From the NCBI RefSeq assembly GCF_009914755.1, contig NC_060937.1: DNA of 64,000 nt; one strand, 5' to 3'. This DNA comes from the human T2T-CHM13v2.0 reference genome, Homo sapiens. The number at the start of each line of letters is the position of its first letter. The first letter of the stretch is position 1. Positions 15,621 to 30,632 of this stretch are shown in pieces. The notes beneath the pieces are model-generated. The model was not told where the DNA came from. It did not search any database and worked only from the letters and a program-made list of their open reading frames with translations. Position numbers and translations under genes: made by a program.

Positions 15621-16269
15621 CAGCTGTTTGAAAGCCTTTTGATGTGAGACAGACATCCCTAGCTGTGTTTCAGCAGTACTTGTCAATCTCTGTATGCGTA
15701 GGTACCATTATCACCACCACAGTCCCCAGTTCACAGAGGAGGAGCTGAGGCCCTCAGAGGCTCCATAATGTCCCCTAAAGCCACACAATCTTGGCCCAAG
15801 ATTTGCTTGGCCCAGGGGCCTGGACGCTTGATCTCATAGATGGTCTGTCCATGTAGCTTGCAACACTCAAGAAGTCCCTCTCCAGTGAGGGAGCTCTGAA
15901 CCCTGGCAGTGAGGCCTCTCAGTGAGGGGGCTTCTGAGCCCTGGCAGTGAGAAGCTCTCTGTGACCAGGGGACCCACCCTGCAACCTCCCCACCATTCCA
16001 TAGCTGCCAGCACCTGTGCCCACTTCGAAGCTTAACCCTGAATGATAAGAGAGACCAGGAGCCAACAGCTTTACGTACGTTACTAATGAGCCTCAGAACA
16101 AACTCACAAAAAAATCTTATTCCTACTTCACAAACAAGAAGTTGAGGATCAGAGAGGTTAACTCAAATGACAAAGTCACACAGCTTTTAAGTCCCCTGCT
16201 CTTGGCACCAGACTCAGCAGCTTTGATGTGTTTGTTCTCTTCCTCCCTGTTTTTATCGAGGGCTTCTGA

Positions 16270-16705
<436 letters not shown>

Positions 16706-17559
16706 AAGTCACCCTTCTTGAACTTTGATTCACCAAGCTCTTCAGTCCAATTTTACACAAGTGTGAACTCAGGTGTGTGCTTGTGATTCTTTGTTCACAC
16801 ACAGCCAAGTTGGCACAAGAAGGTGAAACAGAGAAAGGCCTCAGTGTTTTTGGCCAAGCCCACAGAAGGCCACCTAAGCAGGCTGGATGCTGCCCAGGGC
16901 TGGGCCACAGCGTGTCCTTTGTAAGTCAGCCATCCCAGCCCCCGAACCCCACACACACACAAAGACACACACTTACCCCAGGAGCAGCCCCACAGTGCAA
17001 AGGAGCCCACACAGCAGCTAATGGCTGCTCAGGTTTGTGTGATCTGTCTGGGTTCAGGCACAACCTCCAGGGGCCTCTGGCCCAGGTTGCATCTTTCCTG
17101 CAGAGCAGAAAAAGCACAGTTAAGAAAACCCCAAGAAGGCAGTCAGTTTCCTCCCTTGAGTTTCTGGGGTGGACTTCCGGCAGAGTTTTTGGAGAACTGA
17201 CTGTTGCAGTTAAACAATGTGTCTGGCAAGAAGCGAGACTTCCTCCCTTCCTGCTGCCTGGCTCATGGGGCTGCAGCCTCCTTCTGGAGGTGGCAAGAAA
17301 GAACTGTGGAGTCCGCGATCTAAGGGATCCCTGGCAGCCCACGGCAGCCAGAGAACCACATCCGCTGGAGAACTCTAGGTTCTCTACGGCCTCTTGTTAC
17401 TGCCAGTGCTTGTGTGGCTTGAGGTGGGTAATGCGGCAGCCTCCTGCAGCTAGCCCAGGACTGGGCAGCATGGGGCCAGGTAGTTAGTGTAGGAGAGTGA
17501 GCCCAAGCTTGGAAAGCAAGACTTGGCTCTGTCACTGGGCAACCGGGCAACTGGGCAAC

Positions 17560-17858
17560 CTTGTTTTGGTTTGGTTTTGTTTTGTTGTTTTTGAGACAGA
17601 GTCTTGCTCTATTGCCCAGGCTGGAGTGCAGTGGCATGCTCAAGTCCTGCCTCCCTGGTTCAAGCGATTCTCCTGCCTCAGCCTCCTGAGTAGCTGGGAC
17701 TACGGGCATGTGCCACCACGCCTGGCTGATTTTTATATTTTTTATTGACGGGGTTTTGTCATGTTGGCCAGGCTGTCCTCAAACTCCTCCCCTCAAGTAA
17801 TCTGCCCTCCTCGGCCTCCCAAGTGCTGGGATTACAGGCATGAGCCACTGCGCCCAGC
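17560..17858 (-). mobile_element. AluS with internal deletion
   Basis: Reverse Alu; flanked by ctgggcaaccttg / ctgggcgaccttg. Confidence 0.88.
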
Positions 17859-18334
17859 CTGGGCGACCTTGAAGAAGTTACTTAGCTCCTCTGAGCCTCA
17901 GTTTCCTCATCTGTATAATGGAAGCAATAGTGTCCGTTTTGCAGGGCTAGTATGCCTGGTAAATGAGAATCCTCATAAGAGCCTAGAAATAATAGTGTCA
18001 TAATGCAGGTGGTTCTACTATTACCAGTGACTAGTATTTGTTGAACACTGACCATAGACTAAGTTTTGTACTGAGCATTTTATATTTATTGTCCCATTTA
18101 GTCCTCCAAAAAATCTAATGAGATATGACCATCCCCAGCTTACAAATAAGAAAACTGAAACTCAAAAAGACCAGCAAGTGACCCCAGAGAACTGCACAAG
18201 GATCTGCAGAGAGTGAGCAACAGGAGCCGAAGCCGTGGGCTCATACCAGGCTCTCTTCCTGCCTCTTAAGCCCATGGCACATTTGGAGGGTGCTACCTGA
18301 ATTGAATGGGTGTGCCTGTTGTTTTGAAGTTGGG

Positions 18335-18376
18335 GTCTACGGCCATACCACCCTGAACGTGCCGGATCTCGTCTGA
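18335..18376 (+). pseudogene. 5S rRNA 5' fragment (nt 1-42), tailless retrocopy
   Basis: gtctacggccataccaccctgaacgtgccggatctcgtctga nearly matches the 5S rRNA 5' end; flanked by gaagttggg / gaagttgag. Confidence 0.9.
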
Positions 18377-21300
18377 AGTTGAGGATAGGCATCATCTTTC
18401 ACTTCAAAATGAAGAAACGGAGGCATTGGGAGGTTAAGTCACACATAGCCATCAAGTGGCAGAGAGTGAAAGGAACCAGCATTGATGAGCGCCTACTGTA
18501 TGCCAAACACTGTGCTTACTTCAAGATCCTGTGATCTGCTGGGTGGTTTTGGAGATGTTGGAGTTTCATTGACTTCCTACACTGCCCTGAAGAGGTCTTA
18601 TTAGTATTAGCCCCATTTTACAGAGAAGGGAACTGAAGCTCCGTGCATGTAATTAGACTCCGAAGGCTGTTGATGGATGGGGAAGGAGAGGGTCCCTCTC
18701 TGCTTTTAAGGAATGCATGGACAGTTATGATTCTGGCCTGAGAAGGAAATGGAAGGGGCTCTGTGCCCGTCCCACATATCCTGCCCCACACCCAGGGCCT
18801 CATGGATCCCACCAGGGGAGGCTCCTGGCTTCCCAACAGAGGAAGGCATCACTTCAGAAAGGGCTGTCCCCTCAGGCCTTCTGTAGGTGGCCGGTGGGGT
18901 CTAAGTGTGTGTGCCCTTCACTCCCCGCTTCATTCCCCTCATCCTCCCTGTGCTCCTGTAATGCCCACTGGACCACTGGAGAGCCCCCGCAGACGGCAAA
19001 CAGCAGCAGAGCACACAACCAGCCCTCTCAGGTCTAGTAAAAGTGAGCTTCCTACAGAAATGCACAGGGGACTGAGATGAGAGTCGAGCAGGCCTGGAAG
19101 GATCCCGGGGAACAAACAATGCTGCAGGGAAGATGGAGGCCCCCTCGGCAAGCCGTCCTTTCTGGCCCCCGAGGAGCCCTGGGGTGGACCCTGGTCACTG
19201 TCTTGAACATGTGACTCTAGTCTTTTTGCTCATTTTCAATATCAGTAAAATGAACTTAAGCATGTGTTCCACAATGCGAAGGTTTATTGATTTATAAATT
19301 CTATAAATGTGCTACTGAGCTAATAAATGCATCACAAATGACATAAAAGTTGATATTTTACTAGGATAATAGGAAATCACAACTAGAATTTCTGATATCT
19401 TCTTCCTACGCCCCCAGCATTTTGTGGTGTGCCCCCTCTGGGCCTTGGGAAAGTGATACAGAGCCTGCAGAGCCTGGTACTATGCTAGGGTCTGGCTGTA
19501 ATGGGACACTGCCCTTTCCTGCAAGAGGCCATTGAGCAAGGCATTTGGCACAGGCTTTGGGGTCAGACAGAAGTGGGTTCTGATCTCATCTCTGCCTCTG
19601 AGGAGCAGTGTGGCCTGGGCAATGACTTACCACCTGGAGCCTCCATTTCCTCATCACAAAATGGGGGAGATAATCTTCCTGTGCAGAGGTGATGAGATGA
19701 TGACTGCAAAGACACAGCACGGTGCGTGCCACAGAGGAGGTGGGGTTCAGTCGATAGTCCTGAATCCTCCTGCTTACCAACGAGCTCCCGGTTCCCACCC
19801 ATGCCAGGGAGGTCAGTAGGCAGCCTGGGTGCCTGAAGGTCCGTCCTAAGGATGAAGTCTAAATGGGGAGAACGGATGACTTGGGAGAGACGTCCCCACA
19901 GCTCCTCCTTGGCTCTGGGCACAGCCTTTCCCATGAGTGGTAAGTCGCGTTCCTATGGCTCCAGGTAGAATTCCACAAAAGGAAACATACACATACACAA
20001 TCTTTATTTCATCCCTCTTCTGGCGTCCTCCCAGTTCTACTCACCCGTTTGTGAGTCCCTTTGATGACTTAGAAAGCACAGTAGAGCCAGCATAATCATT
20101 CTGCAGTGGTAGAATCTATTTTTGGCCTGGAATAGCCCCATGGACAGGAGACCTGTACTGTCCCCCATTAAGGGGACTCCCCATCCTATGCCATTTATCA
20201 GGACTGACACAGCCCTCATGAGGCCGCCAAAGAGACAGGACACCTCCCAAGCCACAGCTGCAGCCCGGAGAGGGAAACATACAAGCTCCCCACCTGGAGG
20301 CAGCCTCTTCCTGAGTGAGTGGCAGGCTGCCCCGCCATCAAGTTGTCAGAGTCATTCATCCAGGGCAGCATGGAGGAAGCCGCTGTTGACCGCTTCGCCC
20401 ACGCCCCGGAGTGGCTCTGAGGCGCTCCTGTGGCCTGGGACAGAATGTTTCTGTGAACAGCAGCCCATGGCCAGGCAAGCACAGAACATCTCCCCTGGAA
20501 GACCTGCATTCAAAGGGCCACCAAATTAAACTCCCACTTCACACTGAGGGGGGGAAAGTGATAAGTAATGGGGCACGGGGTGCAGAGAGATTGGGCCTAC
20601 AGGTGGAGGAGGCCTGCAGTGCTTCTCTGGGAGGGGCAGCCTGCTCCCCTGGGAACCAAGCCACTGTTCTCTCCAACACCCTTACCCCAGAGGACTCTGT
20701 GTCTGAGCTTTCTGAGCAATTATCAGCTTCCACTGCAGCTGCAGCAGGCACGTTGTTGGAGAGCCCAGCTGGGTTCAAGGACTCTTCCCTGGTGCAAGCC
20801 TGGATTGCAAAGACCATGCATGTGGGGGCTAGGATAGATGCCCTATAATTAGCCATGCACCCTAGTTATTCCCTCCCACACCTCTTTCCTGCCCTCCCCT
20901 CCTTTTCCCCTCAGAAGTGAAGGTGCTCATAGCGGTCATCAATGCCCTTACAGAGCATTTAGCTCTAAGTTGCATCATCTTTAACTTTCCCCAGGCCCCA
21001 CCTGTGGGTCTCCACACCAGCCATTGTGAGGACAGGATGAATTCATTTGCAGAGGACAAGCACAAAATCTCTGGTAAAAAACAAACACAATGTACCATAG
21101 TAAATGGGAGCAGCTTTAAAAAAAGTACAAAATCCATTGGGGACCCCGTTGCCATAGGAACTGGCATTACAGCTTGCTTCCGATAATTAATGGAGGGTTT
21201 TGCTATTACAGTATTCTTGAAACTTCGCTTTCCCCTGTGCTACACTGCAGAATACAGTGTCCTCTCCCCATTCATAACTATTTCATGACCACCAGCTGCT

Positions 21301-21809
21301 GCGTTTCATCACTGCAGATAGCACTCGGCCTAATCCACCCCTTGCCAAATTCAAGTCCTGTCAGAGAGCAACTTCCATTTCTTCCTCTTTCTTCTGCAGT
21401 CTTCATTTATCTGATTTGAAGTTCTTTACATTCCCAAACCCAGAATGGTGGCTTTAGACATCTCTTTCCTGTGCCTGTCTCATTTTCCTAAAGGTCTCAT
21501 GGGCCTCCCCCAGGGGTGTTGGTTCTGGCTCAGGCCCTACTGCCCTCTGCACATCTGCTTTGATGGAGTCCTGGGAGGATACTGGGCTTTTGAATTCTGG
21601 TGCCTCAATGTGCTGGCTGAGCCTCTGTTCCCTCATGGTTAAGTAGAGATGCCACCTGCCCTGCAGGGTTGGAGAGAGAGAGCCAGATAAGATATAACAC
21701 ATGTAAAGTACCCGTCCCCCCATGGGTGGGCTCAAGTGGTCACAGTGGCTTCTGGTGTTGGTTTGTTCTCTTGTATCTCTTGTTTTTTTCTAGATAAAGT
21801 AAAATCCAT

Positions 21810-22700
21810 AACTTTTTTTAATTGACAAAAATGTATATATTTGTGTGTACAGCGTGTTTTGATATTTTGACATGTAGAATGGCTGACCCAAGCTAATTAA
21901 CCTGTGCATTATCTCACATACTTTTTTTGCGATGAGAACACTTAAAATCTACTCTTAGCAATTTTCAAGTATACAATATATTGTTACTAACTATAGTCAC
22001 CATGTTGTACAATAGATGTCTTGAACTTCCTCCTGTCTAAATGAAAATTTTAATCTTTTAATCAACATCTCCTCAAGCCTGACCCCGGTAACCACCATCC
22101 TATTCTTTGTTTCTATGAGTTTGTTTCTGTGAGTGTAGATTCCCCATGTAACTGGGATCATGCTGTATTTGGCTTTCAGTGCCTGGCTTATTTCACTTAC
22201 CTAATGTCCTCTAGGTTAATCCATGTTGCAAAGGACAGGATTTCCTTCTTTTTAGAGGCTGAATAGTATTACATTGTGTATATACATCATAATTTCTTTA
22301 TCCATTCTTCCATTGATGGATACTCCCTGTCTTGGCTACTGTGAAGAATGTTCAGTGAACATGGGAGTGCAGATATCTCTTCCACATGCTGATTTCATTT
22401 CCTTTGGACATATCCCCAGTAGTGGGATTGCTGGATCATACAGGAGTTCTATTTTTAATTTTTTGCAGAACCTACATATTGTTTTACATAATGGCTGTAC
22501 TAACATCCCCAACAAATGTGCAAGGGTTTGCTTTTCTCCACATCCTTAGCCATCCTAGCAGGTGTGAGGTGCTATCTTATTGTGGTTTTAATTTTCATTT
22601 CCATGATGATTGATGATGAGCGTTTTCTCATACACCTATTGGTATGTCTTCTCTTGAGAAATGTCTATTCAGGTCCGGTGTCCATTTTTTTAATTGATTT
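21810..22700 (-). mobile_element. L1MA-type 3' end
   Basis: gagaacacttaaaatctactcttagcaattttcaagtatacaata, aacatgggagtgcagatatctct, agtagtgggattgctggatcata. Confidence 0.88.
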
Positions 22701-22701
22701 A

Positions 22702-23382
<681 letters not shown>

Positions 23383-23533
23383 GATTTGTTTCCTTGCCAT
23401 TTAGTTGAGTTCCTGTTGCTTTAACTTAAGATAAATTAAAAAGCTTCTTTCTCCTTGCTGCCCTAGTGGAGGGGCTAGCCAGACAGCACATTCAAGCTGT
23501 ATGTCCCGGGATGATTCCAATGAAGGCTCTTCA

Positions 23534-23900
<367 letters not shown>

Positions 23901-25514
23901 GGACAGGGACAGGGACAAGTCCTGAGCTAGAGGAAGTGACAGGCTGATTCACGTGCATGTAGTGCAGAAACAGTGCTCAGCGTCACCTTCTCCCCAGGAC
24001 TCAGAGCCTGGCGCTCCTCCTTCGTGCCTCCCCTAAGTGTGCTTCAAGGCTCAGTTAGTGAACATTAGTGAGCCTCACTCTGAGAAGTTAGTGAGCTTCA
24101 GTCTGAGAAGAGGCACTAATGGTGGGGGTGGAATGGAGCCTTCTGCTCTCCTGTTGAGGGAGCAGCATCTGGAGAGGATGGCTGGTGGCTTGAAGCCCAG
24201 TGCTGCGGCTGGGTCTTGAGTGCTGGCCTGTGGGTGACCCGGGGCAATTCCCCCCTGCCTCTGGGATCGTTTCCTGCTACCTCCCACAAGAGCACGAACA
24301 CACCACGCTGCTGCTCACCACCAGGCCCGTCCAGCAAGCCTTGGGGCCTGTGATAACAGGGGGAGAGTCCTCCCCGACACCTCCTCAGCAGCCTGCTCTG
24401 GGGCAGGGTGGGTTGTCCCCCTTCTCCCCATTCCTTACCTTCCTCATCACCGCAGGGACTCAGGGGCGGTTGCCTTTTGAAGCCACGTCCTGAAGGCAGC
24501 CCTGAACACCCATCATCCCATGGTCAGTTTCTCTCACAGGGGACAGGGTCTAGGCAGATGCATATAGAAGACCCAGGGGCCAGAGCCAGGCGAGGTGGGT
24601 TCAAGGATGGGAAGAACCAGAGGGGTCAAAACTAGAGAGATTGAATCCTGACATGAAGTCTCAGGAAGAGTTAAGAGCAGAAGACAGAAGTCCTGCCAAG
24701 AGGGTTAGAAACTGTGAGATTTCCACTTGAAACGAGGAACTGGAAGCAGAAAGTGAGGTGGGATTGAGCACAGAAGGTCCAGCCAATGGGCAGGGAAGCA
24801 GGGATGCTTCATTGTCTCTGCTAAGGGGCTGGAGAGGGTCAAGCTGGTTAAAGGCATGAATGTGGAGGGACCTCAACCACTGAGGCTGCATTTCTCTTAC
24901 TGCCTTGAGCCCCTCCTTCAAACCCAGCCCTGGTCACACATGCTGGCTTGGTGGTTGTCACTGAGCTCCAGAAACCTCCCACCCAGGTCCTCCCGTCATG
25001 GCAGTGGTGGCCAATAGAGACTCTGTTCCCTGTCCCTAGACTCCCCAACCTGCCCCCGAGAGTTCAGGACCCTGTATGATGCGTTTCCAGCCTTCTATGT
25101 GACTGTGGAGGAAGCCGATCCTGTGGAGGAAGCTGATCCAAGATTCGGTGCTCGCTCCAGAAGCCCCAGGGGCACTAGTGCTATCTGACATTCTTCTCTA
25201 AACCCCTTGACCGATGAGGCCAGGGACCTCAGCGCAGCCTCATCCTCCTGCCCCTGGGGACATTTACTGGAATCCTCTGCTGCTCTGATTCTGCCAGGCC
25301 CTGCCTGCAGGGGGTTCATACCACCCTCAAGGAACCTGGGCCCCTGGGTACCTACGCACAGGCCTGGGGGAAGGACCCTCTGCAGGGCCCGTGTGTGGGA
25401 GCCTCTCCTGTAAGTTCTCTCTCCTGGTCTCCTGCCCTGTTCTGGTTTCTGGGACACAAATTCAAACCCCTGCCCACACTCATCACTACTTCCTTCCCTG
25501 CCCATCTTTTAAAT

Positions 25515-26720
25515 ATTATCATGCAATAAAATATACATAATATAAAATGTGCCATCTTAGCCAGTTTTAAGGACACAGTTCTGTGGTATTAAGCACGTGC
25601 ATGTTGTTGTGCAGCCATCACCACCACTCGGCTCCAGGACTTTTTCACTGTCCCAAACTGAAACCCCGAATGCACTAACACTAACGCCCCATTCCTCCCT
25701 CCCTCTAGTCCCTGGCAACCACCATGTCACTCCCTGTCTGTGAATTTCACAATTGTAGGTGCACATGTGAGTGGAATCACAGAGAATTTGTCTTCTTGTG
25801 CCTGGCTCGTTTCACCGAGCATAATGTTCTCAAGGGTCATCCATGTGGTAGCATGTGGCAGAATTCCCTTCCTCTTTCTTTCTTTATTTTATTTTATTTT
25901 ATTTTTTTGAGACAGAGTCTCACACTGTCGCCCAGGCTGGAGTGCAGTGGCGCGATTTTGGCTCACTGCAAGCTCCACCTCCCAGGGTTCATGCCATTCT
26001 CCTGCCTCAGCCTCCCAAGTAGCTGGAACTACAGGCGCCCGCCACCATGCCCGGCTAATTTTTTATATTTTTAGTAGAGATGGGGTTTCACCATGTTAGC
26101 CAGGATGGTCTCGATCTCCTGACCTCATGATCCACCCGCCTCGGCCTCCCAAAGTGCTGGGATTACAGGCGTGAGCCACCACGCCCAGCCTCCCTTCCTC
26201 TTTAAGGCTGAATCATACTCCATTGTCTGGATAGACCACATTTTGTTTATTCATTCATCCTTCAGTGGACATATGGGTTGCTTCCATCTTTAGGCTATTG
26301 TGAGTAATGCTGCCGGGCACATAGGTGTACAAATATCTGTTTGAGCCCCTGCTTTCAATTCTTTGGTTGTATACGCAGAGGTGGGATTGCTGGATCATAT
26401 GATAATTCTATGTTTATTTTTTTGAGAAACCTCAATACTGTTTTCCACAGTGGTTGCACCATTTTACATTCCCACTGACTGTGCATGAGGGTTCCAGTTT
26501 CTCCATGTCTTCAGTACTTGCTATTTTCTGTTTATTTTTAGCTATGGCCATTCTAACGGGTGTGAGGTGGGATCTCATTGTAGTTTTGATTTGCATTTTC
26601 TTAATGATTATCGAGGTTAAGCCCCTTTTCATGTGTTTGATGGCTGTCTCCATTGAAGAATGTCTGCTCAAGTCCTCTCTCTGCTTTTTAATTGGGACGT
26701 TTGTGCTTTCATTGTTGACT
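25515..26720 (-). mobile_element. L1MB-type 3' end containing AluY (25880-26190, -)
   Basis: L1 3' UTR/ORF2-end motifs; ORF 26432..26671 ([18 protein letters not shown]) is the L1 ORF2 C-terminus; Alu TSD tcccttcctcttt. Confidence 0.9.
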
Positions 26721-28192
26721 TTTTGGAGTTGCTGCCTATTTTAAAGCTCTTTGTGGTAGGCATCCTCATGAATAAGCCCTAACAACCCCTAGCCACTCAC
26801 CTTTGAGAGTCCTTTTGGAGTCTGACCTCTGCAGCCACATCTCCTTAATCGTGGTCATCTCAGCTGCTCTTGTTGCAACCTTCTCCGGGTCTCTCCTCTT
26901 CCCTTGCAGCAGGAGTAAGAAGCGCATGGTGTTTTCTGGTGCGGGCTCCCAGTGGTTCCCTTTATGCAGGACAGGTGATGTGCTATTCCTGGGACCTCCC
27001 CTCCTGCTTGGGGTTCCAGCAGCATCCTGGGTCAATGACCTCTGCAAACCTTTCACAGAATTCCTCTAACACCTCTTCCTGGGTCAGAGCAGAGAGCCCA
27101 GTGCCAAACATTTCATAATTACCGCTTCAAAGATTCTGCATCACACGCACGTCAGCGATGTTCCAGGGGCAGAGAAAGGAAGCGTGCACTGGAGGTGTCA
27201 CCGGGCTTCATTACCGCCATCATAAAGATTGAGTACTTACCTGCCAGGTCGCAGTGTTCAGTGCTGGAGCGCGTGTGAATGTCTACCATGCGCTGCCCAC
27301 CGGGCCAAACCCTAGTTCCCAAGGCCTTCCTTGAGTGACTTCAGCTCGTTTCTGGAATGTTTCAGTAATGCCACTTTCCAGCTCCAGGGAGACTTTCTGG
27401 AGAGTCAAAGCAACAAAGGCAGAGAAAGCAACAGAGAAAGTAGAAGGAGAGGAGGAAGAAATGGAAGAGCAACAGACTCCTTTTTCACTCTCAGACTTCC
27501 TCCTCTCTCCCACTCCAAGCCCCACACTCGTTTGCTTACAAGTTGCCTGCTCGGCTGCCCTGGGACTTGCTTTTCACTTGGATCTGAATTCAGTGGCTCC
27601 AGGCTCCACTCGGGCAGAGGGAAGCCTGGGAGAGCCCAAATGCTTAGGCTCTGACTTTCAAGGAAGATGATTTCCCCTAACATTGGGACATCTGATGCAT
27701 TCGTAGGTTAGCTCCTCATCTGAGAGCAGCTGCCTCTCGGGGGAAGACATCTGTCCTTCAGAGCTAGCCTGGGGAGGGGGAGGAGGGAAGGTGGAAGGAG
27801 GGGAGGGGAGGGGAAGGAGAGAGCAGGGAGGGCAAGGACAGAGCACAGGTGAGAGGAACAAGGTGGAGGAGAGTAGGGAGACACTTGACACCATTTGGAG
27901 AGCAGCTACAGTGCCTCGCACACAGACACATCTAAAGACTGAAAGGCTGGCCCCAACAGATCTTGTGAAATGAGGGGATTTCTTGGATTGCTGCCCACTC
28001 CTACCCCCATGTCACTGTGGAAAATAAGGCTCAACATGTCTCCTTTGGGACTCTACAAGTTTCTTAAAAGTGTCTGAGCCACCAGGTCGTCAAGCAGGGG
28101 ATGTTGCATGGGGGGCCTGACCCTCCAGCCCACTATCCAAGGAGAGCTACTCAGTTTATATCTGTTCAATGTGTTTAAAAAGGACGTTCTGG

Positions 28193-28541
<349 letters not shown>

Positions 28542-28925
28542 CTAGACCCCACCCCCACCCCCCACCAAGGACCCCTCTACCTCAGACATCTCCTGGTCTT
28601 CACCCTGCCCCAGGCAGACAGTGACAGATGTCCACTCTGTTAGCCACAAGGAACTGGCCAGGTCAAGCTGGTGCAGAGGGAAGGGCAAGTCCATGTTCCT
28701 CACACCAAGAACTGCTGCCCCTGGGAGCTGGGAGAAGTTGGAATTGATTGGAATGCCCATGGTGGCCTGGCTGGGCCCAGGGATGCTGAAATTCATGAAA
28801 AGGGGACCTTCTGGGGCCTGTTGTCAGTCAAAGGGGGTGAAAAGGGGCAGATGTGAATTTCATATAGAAACTTTCTAGAAAAATGACATTGATTTTTCTA
28901 GAAATGAAAATAGAAATGTTTCATA

Positions 28926-29580
<655 letters not shown>

Positions 29581-29934
29581 ATTTTTTAAAAAATGTTTTA
29601 TAAAACATAAATACTTGGTCATTTAACCATTTTCTTATTGCTCTCAACGTCTAAATATCTCTTGGTAGAGAAGCTGACTAGAAATCTGCAGAAACTCGGG
29701 AATCTAGTGTCAGCCTCTGAATTGGTGATTCTCAACACCGGCTGCACTTCAGGACCTCCCAATGGGTTGGTTAACACTTTGTTCAAGCCCCACCCATCTC
29801 CGAGTCTGGTTTAAAGTGGCCTGGGTGGGGGTGGGTACAGGGATTTGTTAAATGCTCACCAGGTGGTTATAATGGGCAGCCCCGCTTGAGAGCCATCAAG
29901 GCAAAGTAAAAGTTGCGTTAACTTCCAGCAGCCA

Positions 29935-30627
29935 CGCCCCTTATTTATGAAAGGAGTTGAAAACCTTTTCCACACAAAAACCTGCACACGGATGTTTAGA
30001 GCCACTTTATCCGTATTTGCTAAAAGTTGGAAACAACCAAGATATCCTTCAGTAGGTGAGGGGATAAACTGGGGTACATGCAGACAATGGCGTATTACTT
30101 AGCGCCAAAGAGAATTGAGCTGCGAAGCCATGAAAAGGCATGGGGGAAACTTAAATGCATATTACTGAGTGAAAGAAGCCAATCTGAGAAGGCTGCATAC
30201 TGTATGATTCCAACTGTATGACATTCTGGAAAAGGTGAAACTATGAAGAGTATAACAAGATCAGTGGTTGCCAAGGGGGGAGCGGGAGGAAGGGATGAAC
30301 TGGTAGGGTACAGAGGATTTGTAGGGCAGTGAGACTACTCTGATATTATAATGATGGATGCATGTCATAATGCATTTGTCAAAACCCATAAAATGTCCAA
30401 CACAGAGAGTGAACCCTAAGGTAAACCATGGACTCTGGGTGATAGAGATGTGTCAATGTTGGTTCATTAATTGAAACAAACATGCCAGTCTGGTGGGGGA
30501 TGTTGATAATGAGGGGAGCTGTGCATGTGTAGGGGGGAAGGTACCTGGGATATCTCTGTACTCTGCTCAATTTTTCTGTGAATCTAGAACTGCTCAGAAA
30601 ATGAAGTCTGTTTTTAAAAGAAAAAAG
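29935..30627 (+). mobile_element. Old L1M 3' end
   Basis: cacacaaaaacctgcacacggatgttt, gaaagaagccaatctgagaaggctgcatactgtatgattcc, ending in an A-rich tail. Confidence 0.85.
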
Positions 30628-30632
30628 CTGTG

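Noticed and set aside
15882-15963. Short imperfect duplications (ccctggcagtgag twice; also an 18-bp repeat at 25102-25139)
   Set aside because: Ordinary micro-duplications with no sign of function
16777-17487. 236-aa ORF on plus
   Set aside because: Non-ATG start, no recognisable domain, composition typical of non-coding GC-rich DNA
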